A stretch of DNA of 64,000 nucleotides from Apteryx mantelli (lineage: Eukaryota): NCBI RefSeq assembly GCF_036417845.1, contig NC_089978.1, forward strand, positions 20,838,000 to 20,901,999, read 5' to 3'. Each line of letters starts with the position of its first letter. Position 1 is the stretch's first letter. Below the pieces are notes generated by a model. That model did not search any database. It saw nothing but the letters and a program-made list of their open reading frames with translations, and was not told where the DNA came from. The translations under genes were made by a program, and so were the position numbers. This document shows, piece after piece, positions 36,155-49,639 of this stretch.

Positions 36155-37950
36155 GTGCAGTAATTGTGGGCATGACCCAAGTTCCAGGATTAAATGCACA
36201 TTATTATACTGTTCCTGAGGCAATACTGACAATGCTAAAATATAATAGACAGAAACAGTTTCTTTTTGATGGGTAAAAGATGAACAATTTCACATCATGG
36301 ACAATGTTCAGTTCCTCCCCCCCCCTCCCCAAGCTGAGTATTCTCCAGAAATGAGTTTTTCATTTCAGTTACTTAGAATCTTGTCCCCTTTGTTCTATCC
36401 TTTGTCTTGTAATAGAGTAAATGTTGAGGTGCATTTTGAACTCTCTGTGTCCAGTCATATTTCTGTTAAAACACTTTCTTTCTCTAATTGTGCTGCAGTT
36501 GGTATTTCATAGAAATGCAGCTACAGTGTTTGATACAGATGTTGCATGCCTGAGGCTGGAACTAAGTAGCTTCAGAGTCATGCAGTCACTATATTGATTA
36601 AAAAATAAGCAGCATTTTAAGCTATTTTATTCTCCAGACAGTTATGTAGAAAACGTATAAGAGAGCAGCAAAAAAAGAAAGAAAGAAAAAAGTAGATTCA
36701 AGAGCTAAATTTGCAGGGGCTACATTTACAACACACACACAAATGTTTATAGAATCTGTAAGTGTTTTATTTTAAGGGATTTGGCCTTCCTAGGTAATTT
36801 CACATTCTGGTGTAGTTCTGACTGTTGCACTGATTATTTGCAAAGGCATTTAAAGCTAATCTTTTTCACTAATAAGTAAAAGAGAAATAAATAGCAGTTC
36901 CACAGCTTCAGATTACCCAGAAGCAGATGTGGCTGCAGCTGTGACCATGTCATGAAGAGCCCATCATCAGCCCTGGGAGACATTAATGAAAGATTAGGGA
37001 AGAAAGGATGGATCGGTTCAACCTCTTTTGTCTTTACTGGCAGTAATTTCTTGCCTGAGAAATAAGTGTAACACTTAAGAGTATATCTTTAAATATGTGA
37101 TTGCAGGTTATTACAAACTGTCTCATTCCCCTGCATTTTTGTGTGACCACAAGGATAAGAGTGGAGCCCCTGGCACTTTTAGCTATTTTCAGCTGCTGCT
37201 TATCAAAGTTTTTTCTTAAATAAGACAAAATGCTGCAGAAGTGACATGTAAAGTCTTGGTGTTACCAGTCCTGTTAATCCAGTGTTGATTAAAACAAGTA
37301 AAATGACAGATTAGATTGTTTTCTTTGATAGTTATGTCTAGTTATGTCTTTTATGTTTTTTCCTCCTTTAGTCAGAGTTGCTTGTTTAAAGGGATTAGTT
37401 TAGGGATTACTTTCTGATGACTACAGTAATATTGATATTCCCCTGAGGTGAGGAAAGAGAAAGAAATTCCTGTTTGTGTTTCCAGAAGCTTTCCCTCCTG
37501 TTGGAGACAGGCTTTTCAAAGCATTTGTTTTTTGTTTTTTGTTTTTTTTTAATATCCCCTCTGCTCATAAAGAGGGCAATAGGCACTTTTATGCTTCACC
37601 TATTTTTTAGTTCTAGTACCTTCTCACAAGCTGATGGTGGCAGTGATGATTGTAAAACATAATATCTGGGACTTTTTAACTTGGAGAAGTGAATCCAGTG
37701 CTGATTGCAAAAGAATGAATTGGATAGGAACAAAAAACCCACAAAATTCCTTCTCCTGTTTTTCATATGAGAACAGGTAAAAGACAGGGAGGTTGCGCTT
37801 TTCAAGTATTAAGAATAAATGAAATATATTTGCTAAAACTTTGATATATAGTTATATTCTGCTCTCATTCCATAATAAGAAAATTTGGGTACACTTCAAA
37901 TGAAGTAACATTTGTCCACTGCAATGATGATCTTACTTCTCTCTCCTCAG

Positions 37951-38146
37951 GCTTGCATGCTTGTATTCCAACCAGAGTTTGTAACAGCTTCTGAAGAAGT
38001 GCAGCTGTCCAATGAAATTATTATTTGCTTAGACTGCTCCAATTCCATGGCAGGTTCAGCCCTACAGCAAGCAAAGCAGATTGCTTTACATGCTTTGGAA
38101 CTGTTTTCTTTAAGACAAAGAGTGAATGTTGTCAAATTTGGCACAA
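37951..38146 (+). CDS. PARP4: PARP4 coding exon 21 (vWA domain start)
   Basis: The translation 'ACMLVFQPEF...EIIICLDCSNSMAGSALQQAKQIALHALELFSLRQRVNVVKFGT' matches human 'ACMLVFQPDL..EVIICLDCSSSMEGVTFLQAKQIALHALSLVGEKQKVNIIQFGT'. Confidence 0.9.
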
Positions 38147-38343
38147 GTGAGTTTTTGTTTCCTTTTTAAATGAGAGCCACCTTTTACTTTCTTGTCATGA
38201 CTAAACTGTGGTCTGGAACACCTAGTACAGTAATATGGAATACTCTACTCTGATAGTCTAGTCATAAAACTTAAACTTTTATTTCCAAAATGGTGCCACA
38301 TGCTTAATATTTTAATGCTCTTAATATCAATCTTTATTCACAG

Positions 38344-38414
38344 ATTTCACAGAACTTTCTTCATTTTCAAAGGACATCTTGGGTGATCTGGCATCACTGA
38401 AGGAGTTTATTACA
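38344..38414 (+). CDS. PARP4: PARP4 coding exon 22 (vWA)
   Basis: The acceptor is 'tattcacag' and the donor is 'aca|gtaagt'. The translation 'NFTELSSFSKDILGDLASLKEFIT' corresponds to human 'GYKELFSYPKHITSNTMAAEFIMS'. Confidence 0.75.
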
Positions 38415-39639
38415 GTAAGTAAATTAGTTTGGCTGCATTCTATTGAACACTTTTTTGCAAGGAATACTCATCATTGTAAAACACTTGCACAAATTTTCCT
38501 CCTTTTTTACTTTTTTTCTAGGCCAACATCTTGAATTTCTTCTATAATTTAGTCTATTTAAAATCTGTTTGCCCTAGCAACAAGCACAGGCATATCTGAA
38601 TATTAATTCCAGTTTGATTTTGAGTGACTGCTTAAGTGGTTATTTTGAAGCTTAGTAGATATCAGTGTTAGGACATTTTTCAGTGTTTTCCCCTAAGCTT
38701 ACCTTTTTGAGTTTCATGCCTCTCCGTTGCTTGCTGACAGCAAAAGAGAAGAATCAATAGACTTCCTTCTGGAAATCCATAATTTGTAAATGAAGAGAAC
38801 ATTTAGAGGCTAAAGCACTTTTAGTGAAAAGAAAAATGCTTTTGAGTCCAAAAGATTAGATGTGAACTGTTTAGGACAGCAGTTTTTGGTTAGTACTGTA
38901 TCTTATTGCCAAATACAGGCTCCTCATCTGCAGCTAAAGCTTCCTGATGCTAGCATAACACTTAAAATACTAACATAATAGATATCCTGAAGATGGTATG
39001 GTAAGATGGCAGATGGTGTTAAAGGCAAAGTAACACAAAGGGGAAAACAGCACTAATTATACATATAAAGTATAGGGCTTCACTCAGAAAAGAGATATTG
39101 GAGCCACTGTGGATAGTCCTTTTTTAAACAGTGGCCTAATATTCAGCATCAGTCAAAAAAGTAACAGGTAGCTGCATAAATCTGCGTTGCTCTGGTATCT
39201 TGAATACTGTAAGCTCTTCTGGTTGCTCCATCTCAGAGAGTAGACTTAGAAAGGTAGAGAGACAGAAAACAGAGATGACTGGAGATATGGAAAACCTGCT
39301 ATGCAAGGAAAGGACTCTTCATAGGTTTTTAAGCCTTTGTTGCATCCTTACTCAGTTGTCTCTTCTCCAGGATAAACAGAGAGGAAAAGGAGAATAGGGA
39401 TGGTTAATTACTGTTTCTCACATCATAAGGATCATAGGACGTGCAGTGAGATCAGGCAGCAGATTAAAAAACAAAAATGAAACAGTTTTCTTCATGCTAT
39501 CAGTAAATAGTGGACCTTCTTGCCACATGATGATGTTGAGGCTAGAACTGTAATTGAGTTCAGAAAGTAGGTTAGGGCATTAGAAAACAGTGCTTAAGCA
39601 GCTCTTGGACACAATAGTCTGGATGAAAACTCCAGTTCA

Positions 39640-40075
39640 AGAAGTCACAGAATCACAGAATCGCTGAGGTTGGAAGGGACCTCTGGAGATCATCTAGTCC
39701 AACCCCCCTGCTCAAGCAGGGTCACCTAGAGCACGTTGCACAGGATTGCATCCAGGCGGGTTTTGAATATCTCCAGAGAAGGAGACTCCACCACCTCTCT
39801 GGGCAACCTGTTCCAGTGCTCTGTCACCCTCACGGTGAAAAAGTGTTTCCTCATGTTCAGATGGAAGCATCTGTGTTTCAGTTTGTGCCGTTGCGCCTTG
39901 TCCTGTCGCTGGGCACCACTGAAAAGAGTCTGGTCCCATCCTCTCGACACCCTCCCTTCAGATACTTGTACACGTTGATAAGATCTCCTCTCAGCCTTCT
40001 CTTCTCCAGGCTAAACAGGCCCAGCTCTCTCAGCCTTTCCTCATAACAGAGATGCTCCAGTCCCCTAATCATCTT
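39640..40075 (-). mobile_element. CR1 (chicken repeat 1) LINE 3' fragment, minus orientation
   Basis: The reverse complement carries the diagnostic CR1 3' end '...GGTCCCTTCCAACCTCAGCGATTCTGTGATTCTGTGA'. The minus-strand ORF fragments encode the CR1 ORF2 C-terminus ('...[26 protein letters not shown]'). Confidence 0.9.
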
Positions 40076-40228
40076 TGTAGCCCTAAAGTCCCTAAACCAA
40101 TGATTAATGAAAGCTCTGAGAATATTTCACGGAAAGAATTTACCATATTTCTTACACATTTTTGCCTAAGCATCCTTTTGCCTAAGCCAGGGAAGATACA
40201 GGACTAGATGAACCTTAAGCTGTATCTC

Positions 40229-40262
40229 TAATAATAATAATAATTAATAATAATAATAAAAG
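40229..40262. repeat. (AAT)n microsatellite
   Basis: The run reads 'aataataataataattaataataataataaa'. Confidence 0.9.
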
Positions 40263-40416
40263 AGCAGGAACAGAATAAAATTTAAGAATTAATTAATCAT
40301 TTGTATTTGGAAACCTGAAAACATGTATAATGAAAAAAAGATTAAATTATGCCTTATATGTTATTTTAGAAAAGGTAATGAAGTTCGAACTAAAATTGTA
40401 TTACTTTACTTTTCAG

Positions 40417-40604
40417 TGTGCTACTGCAACATTGGGAAACACTGATTTATGGAAGGCCTTACGTTACTTTAGTCTGCTTTTTCCTTCCCAAGGGCAGCGT
40501 AACATTCTTGTTATATCTGATGGACACATTCAGAATGAGAGTGTGACCTTCCAGATTGTGAAAGATAATGTCCAGCATACTAGGTTATTTACATGCGGGG
40601 TTGG
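40417..40604 (+). CDS. PARP4: PARP4 coding exon 23 (vWA)
   Basis: The translation 'ATLGNTDLWKALRYFSLLFPSQGQRNILVISDGHIQNES..HTRLFTCGVG' matches human 'PTMGNTDFWKTLRYLSLLYPARGSRNILLVSDGHLQDES..HTRLFACGIG'. Confidence 0.9.
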
Positions 40605-42440
40605 GTAAGTACAAAGTTAGCTGGCAATTGCATTGTGTTTAAAATCACTGATAATTTATTTGAAGCAAGAGGTTAATGAGTTGAGAACTGCCAGATGCCA
40701 GTGTGTGCTGTATTAAATATACATGTATGCTTAGATTAAATGCAGAAATGTTTGTATACGTTTTATAACTGAAATGAAAAACACATCAGATATTTCAAAG
40801 GAAGGATGCCTACATTAAAGTCAATTTTGTGTGCAAGTAATCTTACCTATTAATATTTTTCTTTATGATAACAACTTTACTTTTTAAGGAATATAATTGG
40901 AGAGTATCTGAGTAAGTATTTTAAAACTTGAATTTCATGTTTTGGGATAGTCTCATTTTAACAGTACAATTTCAGTATAACATTAAGATAGTTGCATAAT
41001 AGAATTTCATGATATTTATTGTAACAGAATTATATCTTAAATAGTAAAATAATATAAAATTATACAATTTTATTATTTAATTTTTCATTTGTTTTGAAAG
41101 ATAATGACTTAAAGAGAAATGACAATAGCTTACCAATGTAAGCACTAGATACCTGTGGGGATTCCCAAACCTGTGGTACATGTGTCACTACTAGAATGCA
41201 ACCCACTTCAAAATGATGTGAAAATAAACCTCTTCTACACCAAAACAGTCTTTGCCTTTCACCTGGCAAGACAGGGTGTGACTGTTGTACAGGCAGTACT
41301 TTCCTGAACAACGAACTTACTTCTTCCTCTCAAGTGGAGACAGCAAAGGAGAAGCATGATTTCCGCTTTACTTGTGCGCTGCCTGCCCAGAGAGGGGGAG
41401 CAGGAGCAGCTGCCACTGTGGTGGCAGTATGAGAGGGAATGAAGTTTGGGAATATCTGGTATAAACTCTGGTATATGGGTAACTCTGATATATGGATATA
41501 AGATGTTATCTGTGTTACAATGACTTCTCCTCAAAGATCGGAGGAACAGGTAAAACCTCACTGAAATTCTGTTTTATCTGTAATAATTCTTTGTGGGTAA
41601 ATGAAAAAAAAAATCTTTAAATAGTGCAAGACTTGCACTTTACAGTGTTGTACAAAGCAGCAAAATCTGGAAAAAGATTTTTAAGAGGGCAGTAAACCTT
41701 TTTAAGCCCAAGACATTATGTGTTCCTAGAATAAATACAATTGCATTGTATTTATTTTGCCTTGAAGGATTTTGGTGGGGAGAGTTTTCCAAGGTTTCAC
41801 TAAGACAGTAGTGTGACCCTGGCCAGGAGTGAATCTGTTACCTGTTTGAGAAGGATTTGAGGTGTACTGGGTTGTTTCTCACCCACAAGAATCCTCATCT
41901 ACTTAATTGTTCTCCTTTAAATCCTCTATAAAACTCTCATTTGTCTCTATACCCACCAAATAGTTTGATAGTGGTCAGACTGTTAGTGAGCAGAGCCTAC
42001 TGTTCTGTCAGGCTAATAAATGTTATCGTATCAGTTATATCCATATTGCCCAGACAGTAACATTCTCTAGCTGACACTGGACTTAACTGCGTTCTCATTA
42101 AATAGTTCTGCTGAGATTAAGGTTAATTAATTCAAGATTAGAATCATGTTGATGCAGCCTTATAGGTGTTTGAACCTAAGGTAATTTACCTGCACAATTC
42201 TGCTATGCCATATAAAAACTCTTATGCCATGTAATTCCCTCAAATGTTGTTAGGAAATCAGTAACACAGCAGGCCATTCACTGGCCCAGTTGCTTCTGTT
42301 TGGTCTGTATCCTGAAAAGGGGATGGGATTTAGAAAGTTCAGAAAATTTGCAGCACTAATCAAAGTAAAATATTTGGAAATGGTATCAGATGACAAATTT
42401 AACTAAGTAATTGCATGAAGAAAATTTTTCGTGTTATTAG

Positions 42441-42540
42441 TTCCACAGCAAATCGTCACATGCTGAGATCTTTGGCCCAATATGGTGCTGGAGCATTTGA
42501 ATACTTTGACCCGAAGTCAAAGTATAACTGGGAGGAAAAG
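42441..42540 (+). CDS. PARP4: PARP4 coding exon 24 (vWA end)
   Basis: The translation 'STANRHMLRSLAQYGAGAFEYFDPKSKYNWEEK' matches human 'STANRHVLRILSQCGAGVFEYFNAKSKHSWRKQ'. Confidence 0.85.
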
Positions 42541-43841
42541 GTACATTTATAAATCCTGAATATCTTCAATATGTGATCGTTATCAGTATATGAGATATAT
42601 CAATATCTGATACTGAATATCTTCAACAACCCAAAATGGGAATTACTACTTTCCATGGGATCATGTGGCTTTGGTATTGCATTAACATAATTTAAGAAGA
42701 TACATTTGACAGAAGGTGGAAAGAAAGATGCTTGTCTGTTAAGTTTTATTTTAAATGTAAATGCATCTGAAGTGAGAATGGAAAGTATTTGGTCTGAGTA
42801 TTATTAAGGTCTCAAGTTTGTTCCTTATTTTCAGTAGGACCACATGTTGCTAGGAAGGGACACGAGAGCTGTAGGACACCCTAGGTTCTGTGCAAGGGAG
42901 GGCATTTGCCACTGCAGCTGCCCCACCTTCTCACTAAGAATGGGCACGAAGTGTGTTAAAGCAAGGAAACCATGACTTATTTTATTTTTCTGCTCTTAAT
43001 GAGAGATCTGCACTTTTCTTGATTAGTGCAGTAACACCAACTTGGAAAAAGACTATGAACTGTCAAAATATATAGTATATAAATTGTACCTGAATAGAAA
43101 AACAGTGCTTCACTTCTGTCATGGCTCACAGTCAGTCTACAACATTGCCCTTGTTATAGTGATGAAGCCTGTAGCAATTGTATTCTGTAACTTCTGATGG
43201 TTAACTTCTGATGAATCTATGATTTTTTTCAAATAATCCAGGACCCCATGTGTAAAGCTTTTCAGGCTCCTATACAGTTATGTTTCTACAGCTCTACCCC
43301 GTGCATTGAGTCTGTTTGCTCCTGGAACAATGTCAGTAGAGAATGGGCAGCAGCAGGCTGGTATCTGGCCTGTACCTTGGTTTTTGGCTAGGGGGGAAGG
43401 ATGAGAGCACAGATTTTCCTCTTGCTATTCTGGCTGTCATTTGAGTGATATATGCAGAACTAGCCAGAGCAGGCCGTGGAGACGTGCAGTGCTGTTCATA
43501 TACCTGAGTTCGTGCTTAGGAGATGGTGCTGTATGGCATGCCATATTCCTTAGCCTGCTTGGCAGCCCTGACGAATACCCTTTATTTCAAGCTTCAGCTT
43601 TCACTTAAAAGGAATCTTGTTATTCCAGAAGCCAGTGCAATAATGGCTGAGTGAGCTTCCTTATTACCTCCAAATGTTAGATTCATTTTCACCAGTAATA
43701 TCTGGTTTGTTTTACTTGCAAGAGAAAAGAGAAAGTGTGTTCCATTCACATAGCAAAATACATTATTTTTGTAATGAAAGATTGTTTTCTTTTGAAAGCT
43801 TAGTAACAAGCTGAGTTAATTTGTTTTGTGTCTTTACGCAG

Positions 43842-44012
43842 ATACAGAGCCAGGTATCTAGAATGTTTTCTCCAGGATGCAGTTCTGTTTCTATTAAGTG
43901 GCAACAGTTTGATACAAATGCACCAGAGCCAATGCAGGCTCCTGCTCAAATACAGTCTTTATTTAACAATGAGAGGCTTCTTGTCTATGGATTCATCCTT
44001 CACTGTACTCAG
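43842..44012 (+). CDS. PARP4: PARP4 coding exon 25
   Basis: The translation '..SVSIKWQQFDTNAPEPMQAPAQIQSLFNNERLLVYGFILHCTQ' matches human 'SVSVKWQQLNPDVPEALQAPAQVPSLFLNDRLLVYGFIPHCTQ'. Confidence 0.9.
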
Positions 44013-44464
44013 GTAAAGACTGGGATACACATTCACTTAACTGGATAGAAATTTACATATAAAAAGATTGCAAAGGACCCCTTGTATTGTATTAAGTACC
44101 CTTTCCAGAGTATGCACTTAGCTAGCTTCTTTTAATTGCTAAATCTAATTAAGTAACTGTTTAAATCCCATTATTGGTCCTCACTAGAGAAGAAATATCT
44201 TCAGTATGTGATCATTATCAATATATCAGATATATCAATGTCCATTTGTGCTTTTGTAAATACAAGATTCCTTAATTTATGACTGTCCCCTTGCCATAAG
44301 GGAAAAATGTTTTTAAACCTAGACACCTAGAGACTCTCAATTTGAGTTATAATCACCCTTCTGGAAACAGAATAACATGCATATGTGCTAATAACACAGA
44401 ATGGGGGGGGAGAGAGAAGGAAACAGTGTGGGGGGTTTTTTTGTTTGTTTGTTTTTCCTTTTAG

Positions 44465-44545
44465 GCCACCTTAAGCACAGTAATAAATGACGAAGAAATA
44501 CAAACAATGGTGTCAACTACTGAGCTACAGAAGACGACAGGAACA
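44465..44545 (+). CDS. PARP4: PARP4 coding exon 26
   Basis: The translation 'ATLSTVINDEEIQTMVSTTELQKTTGT' matches human 'ATLCALIQEKEFRTMVSTTELQKTTGT'. Confidence 0.9.
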
Positions 44546-45786
44546 GTGAGTTTGGCCAATGTTATTTTTACATGCCATATTGAGACAAGCTGCTTTAAAC
44601 TACTGCATACTTTTGTGCATTTCTGAAAGGATCGAGCATCCCTGTTTTCAGCAGCTCTTGAACTTTATTTTTGCTTCTGATGAACAGTCTTTCAGTCTTC
44701 AGACTTGTAAAAGGAAACTGTTTTGCACAGAGAAAGGTGACGCTTCTTCTATGTTTTCTAATCAGAAACTCATGCTTCTCAGAATAGGAATGTGCTGCTT
44801 TTTATTCTGGCAACTTGTTTGGGCTCTAGCTTTACCCTTGGGTTGGCTGTTGTTCTTTAGGTGACCTCTGTGAAGAAGCTGCTGCAGCATTCTCTTTCAA
44901 GTCTTAAATTGTTGCTATGTGGAACATCTTGTCCCCAGTCTGTTATCTCTAGAAATGTAGGGAAAAAGGGACATTTTAAGTGTTACTAGCCTTTCTGCTG
45001 CTTCAGTAATGATGAAGTTACTTCAGAATCTTTGTACACAGGAGAGCACGGCACCCATCTTGAAAAGGTATAATCTAAAAAAAACACTTATTTATTCTAA
45101 CAGATGTCCTTTAGTAGTAATTTTGATATAACTCTCACCCCATGCCCACCAAGGTAAGCTGATTTGTTTTGAAACTGAAGTGCCATTCCTTATTTAATGT
45201 AATCCACTTCAGAAGCTACTATGGTGGTTTCCATGGACAAGCCCTTCTACAGACAAGTGAAACCAGCAAGTAGAGGCAATGTATGTCCCCAAAACTGTGT
45301 TTTTGTCCATTTTTGAGTTTTCTATAAATTTCAGATGCAGTTTAAAAAAAAAAACAGTTTTGGAAGGTATGAATTGAAAAGGTAAAAATAAAAATTAGGG
45401 CCAGAAAGAGATTGTTAATTCTTGATGTTTTTGATGGACTGAGAATTCCTACCTGTTTCTTTGCCAGTTCACCTCAGTTCATCTCAAAAAGTAACTACTT
45501 GCATATGAGGTTTCCTTCAGAAGTGGCTCTCTTCAGCATCTATCATATTCTTCCAAAAATGAGCCAGTAGAAATGTCCAGGCTATTGGAATATAGCTGGA
45601 CTTTATCACATTGCCTTCACAGTGCTCCCTCTCTGTTAGCTTTAACATACTGAAGAGACTGAAATTGTTTTCCTTTTGTATGAAAGACAGGTTCAGTTTC
45701 AAAAAGTAATTTCTAGTTATTTCAGTATTTCCTCTTTCTTCATACCACCCCTCAGGTCAAAATTTACTTGATTATGGTAGACCTAA

Positions 45787-45808
45787 TTTTTTTTTTTTTT
45801 TTTTTTTT
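45787..45808. repeat. Poly-T (22)
   Basis: This is a T homopolymer. Confidence 0.9.
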
Positions 45809-46301
45809 AAAGTTAAACAGTCTGGGCTCGCTTCATTTCCCCCCCAAATTCTGTGTTTCTATGGGCAGGATTCATTTATCTAACTTCAGTTATCTAAATG
45901 TTGTTATCTAAGTCTGAGCTAGACATTTCAAGATGGGCTGAATTGCCTGGTAAACGGTTGGGGGTGGGTGAGATTTAGGGGAGGGGAGGGTTGTTTGTTT
46001 AGGGTGGCTTTCTTTTTTTGGTGGTCGGTTGGTTTCCCCCATCTCTATCCATTGTGCAGATTCTTTCCAGAGCCAAGTGAGGAGGTGAGTATCTTTTAGT
46101 TAGCTAAAGTTAGGTAAATTAAAATGACCTTAGATGCAGGTTGTGATTGTTTTTTAAATGGAAAATGTAGCTTGACACTTAGAAAATGGGATGCTGTGTA
46201 AATATAGAAGCTAACTGCATGAAGCTGGACCTCATAAATAAAAGGAATATTTAAAAAAAAAAATTGCTACTCTCTTAGCATCACCTTTGTTATCTTTCTA
46301 G

Positions 46302-46382
46302 GTGCTGCACAAACTCACAGCAAGAGCTTTCATTAGGGACTATGAAGATGGGATTCTTCATGAGAATGAAACAGAACATGAG
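46302..46382 (+). CDS. PARP4: PARP4 coding exon 27
   Basis: The translation 'VLHKLTARAFIRDYEDGILHENETEHE' matches human 'MIHKLAARALIRDYEDGILHENETSHE'. Confidence 0.9.
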
Positions 46383-47208
46383 GTTTGTTGATCTGAAAGA
46401 AAAACTATACATTTAAAATGTGAAGTAGCAAATGGTTCAGTGGAAAAGAGAAGGTGTGGGGTTTTTTTGTTTGGTTGGGTTTTCTAGTTTTTTTGCTTTG
46501 TTAAACATAACTAGAAAGTTGCAATACCATTTTAAGGTTAAATTCACCATATAATAACATATTTTCCCTCCCAGGTATGACTGGAAGAATTTGGGGTCAG
46601 TCTGTCTTCCTCCCCATTATAAGAATGTCCTCTGTTGGAATAATGTGTGCATATTTTTCCTAATCTGCACTCTGTCATTGCAGCCTTTTGTTGGCTTTTC
46701 TTTGCCTGTGGCATGTTAACGCTTTAGTTTCTTGAAGATTGAAATGTTTTAGACCAACCAGAGTCCTTGGTTTTTATATAAAGTGGAAGATAATGACCTC
46801 TGTTTTACAGATCACCTTAAGGATCTGATGATCTCTAAAAACTGGCTTTTAGCTAGTTGAAAACTTACAAAATTAATTTTTTTGCTATCTTAGCTTATTG
46901 GGGACTTTAGACAAGTTCTTCTGATAAGAATTGTTAGTACAGCTTCCCCTTATATTGGAAGAAACATAGAACCAAAAGAAGCCTATAATTAGGGAAAATG
47001 CATGTTCCTGCCCAAAACTGAGTGAGGGAGTAGGGAAAGTTAGAGGGAGTGGAATGCTAGGCAGGCCAGTATATTCGCTCAAGTTCTTGCTCTTACATCT
47101 CCCTAGTTAGAGTGTGTAAATCTGTTTATAGGTATGTGTTCAGTTTTGGCATCAATATTTCTTTTAGCTGATCATATATTTTTTTTCATTTAATACTTAA
47201 CAATCTAG

Positions 47209-47304
47209 ATGAAGAAGCAAATCTTGAAAAACATGATTATTCGTCTCAGCTTGGAGAACTCAATTATAACCCAGTTTACAAGCTTTGTTGCAGTTGAGAA
47301 AAGG
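47209..47304 (+). CDS. PARP4: PARP4 coding exon 28
   Basis: The translation 'MKKQILKNMIIRLSLENSIITQFTSFVAVEKR' matches human 'MKKQTLKSLIIKLSKENSLITQFTSFVAVEKR'. Confidence 0.9.
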
Positions 47305-49489
47305 GTATGTGTTTTCTTTAAAATATCGTGTTCCCACTGGCTTCTCTTTCAAAAGATTCTAAATTCTGTAACCTTATAAACATCAAAACCAGTCTTTCCT
47401 TTTGCTGAACAGTGTTCGTTCTTTTACAGTAGAGCTGAAATTACAATTTTTGCAATGGTTTTTGTTTCTTTTGCATTACAGCAAGTTATTTTCCTTTTGA
47501 AATATCTTTTCCATCTCCTATCTTGCTTGTTCTCATGTTACAATCAAACCTTGCCAATCAGTGTGTTCCAGCTATGATTTGCCACAGGGGTTTGTATTTC
47601 CTGATAGCGCTACAGAAGTCAGACAGGTCGAGGGCAAGACCAGTAGTCTTTGATCCTCCTTAGTACATGAACCACAGAACAACCCTTCCTCTTAAAAAGT
47701 AAGGATTCCAAAATACAGCAAAATAGCTACTCTGGCCATGGATTGCTGAAGAAATGGATTTTGTATTGGCAGAACTCATTCCAAGGGAGCCTGTGTCAGG
47801 GTGGAAGTCACAAGAAAATCAAGACCTGAAAATTGTCTCTTCTAATACTGCAATAAACTATGGAACTTTTTGTTTTGTTTTCATCATTAGAACAGTGGTA
47901 GGAAAAACATACGCTTTGCAGCAAAAGGAAAGAAATATGTGTAAATAATAATCTTGAAATTCCAGAGGTTGCAAAAAGAGTTTTGAAATGGAAAGCAATA
48001 TCATAATGAGCAAGATGGTATCAGTTAGAGTAAGCTTTAAATGTGGCACAGAGAATGGGAATAGATCTGACCAATCTGTGTGTGTGTACATTTAGCAATA
48101 AAGTAGTCATGTTTGACTTCCTTTCATAGTTAATGGAAATAAATACATGTTTCAAGAGCTTGATTCATCTCATCCTGAAGTTAGATACCTAAAAGAATTC
48201 AGATGCTCAAAGATCCTCGAAAGATCTTTTTCTCAGCCCTGACTATAGGGGGACTTAGAGTCACTATTTCAGATACTGTTACCTATATAACCACTCAAAG
48301 ACTAATGAATAACATTGCTTTCCAATAAAAACTTAAATAACAGTATCTGGATGTTATATTTAGAGTGCTATAATAGACAACTGGGATAAATAAAGCAAAC
48401 ATCACTTCTATAGTATCACTTCTAAAACCTGCCAGTTTTGACAAAATTGATATACCTGACACCTGCTTAGTAATAGTGAATTTCAGTGGCACTTTCAGAG
48501 CATTCACAGTAGTGAAAAGAAGGGAACCCAGCTGAGTCAATTTAAATATCCTAGCTGTAATGTACCACCAGGAATATTCAGAAGGATAAAAATCTTGCAG
48601 ATTGGCAAGAGAACATTTGTGTGGGTTCATAAAGTAGTTGTTTACCAATGTCAACAGATGATTATTTGTCATTCTGATTTTTAGATATGTTTTTGTAAAT
48701 TATTTAGAAAATTCAGTTTTCCTCTTACATATATGATGTCTCTCAGAGAACAGACTTCTGTAAATGATCTATATTTGAATTATGTCTGTAAATATAATAG
48801 CTATAATCTCATCTCTAATCGAGGATGACCTTTTTGATACAATGTGACAAAATATTGCAAACCTTTTAGGGCAAAAGTATCTACACATGATACGGTGAAA
48901 TACCCAAATTGGCCCATTCAGCATGGTACTGTATTATGCTGTGTAATGTGTCATCTTCCGTGATTTTGCAGAGGCAACATATTTTAAGCATAAATATAAT
49001 ATTGCATATTTATGCAACATTGCATAAATGTTGCATATTTATGCAAAATAATTTAAGCGTAAATATAATAATGCTTACGTTTACTTTCTTTTGAAGTGTG
49101 CTAATAGGATACTGACAAAAAGTACTGTGTAAGATTTAGATTTTATTTTGAGTATTACTGACCAGGATTTGAACAAATTGTATGTGCAAGTGTGTACCCT
49201 TGACATTAAGGTCCACCTTCCTATTTCATGTGAATCTATTTACCAACAATATGTTGTCCCTCAGTATAGTCAAAAGTATAAAGTTACATGTACTGCATAT
49301 TTTCCTACACTGAGTATTTTTAATGTACTGCTTCAGCTGTTTATTCTTTGTTTTCAACCCATTTCCAACTTACAAAGGAAAAAATACACCACCTTGCAAA
49401 GAGGAAATTTCTGGCATAACAGCTACCACATCTAAGAACTAAAAACTGAAGAGTTTTCTAGTTAGTAACTTTGATCTGTTTTAATTTAG

Positions 49490-49639
49490 GATGCTAATGA
49501 AATTTGTTCTGCTGATGTTCCAAACCTCCTGGAAATTATAGCTCAAGAAGATGTAGATTTTTTACCCTACATGGACTGGGAGGAAAAGTCAACAGAATCT
49601 GGCTTCTTATTTTCCAAAGGATTTAACTTTGACAGCCTG
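49490..49639 (+). CDS. PARP4: PARP4 coding exon 29
   Basis: The translation '..LLEIIAQEDVDFLPYMDWEEK..' matches human 'VSELIAKEDVDFLPYMSWQGE'. The acceptor is 'ttaatttag' and the donor is 'ctg|gtaatt'. Confidence 0.8.
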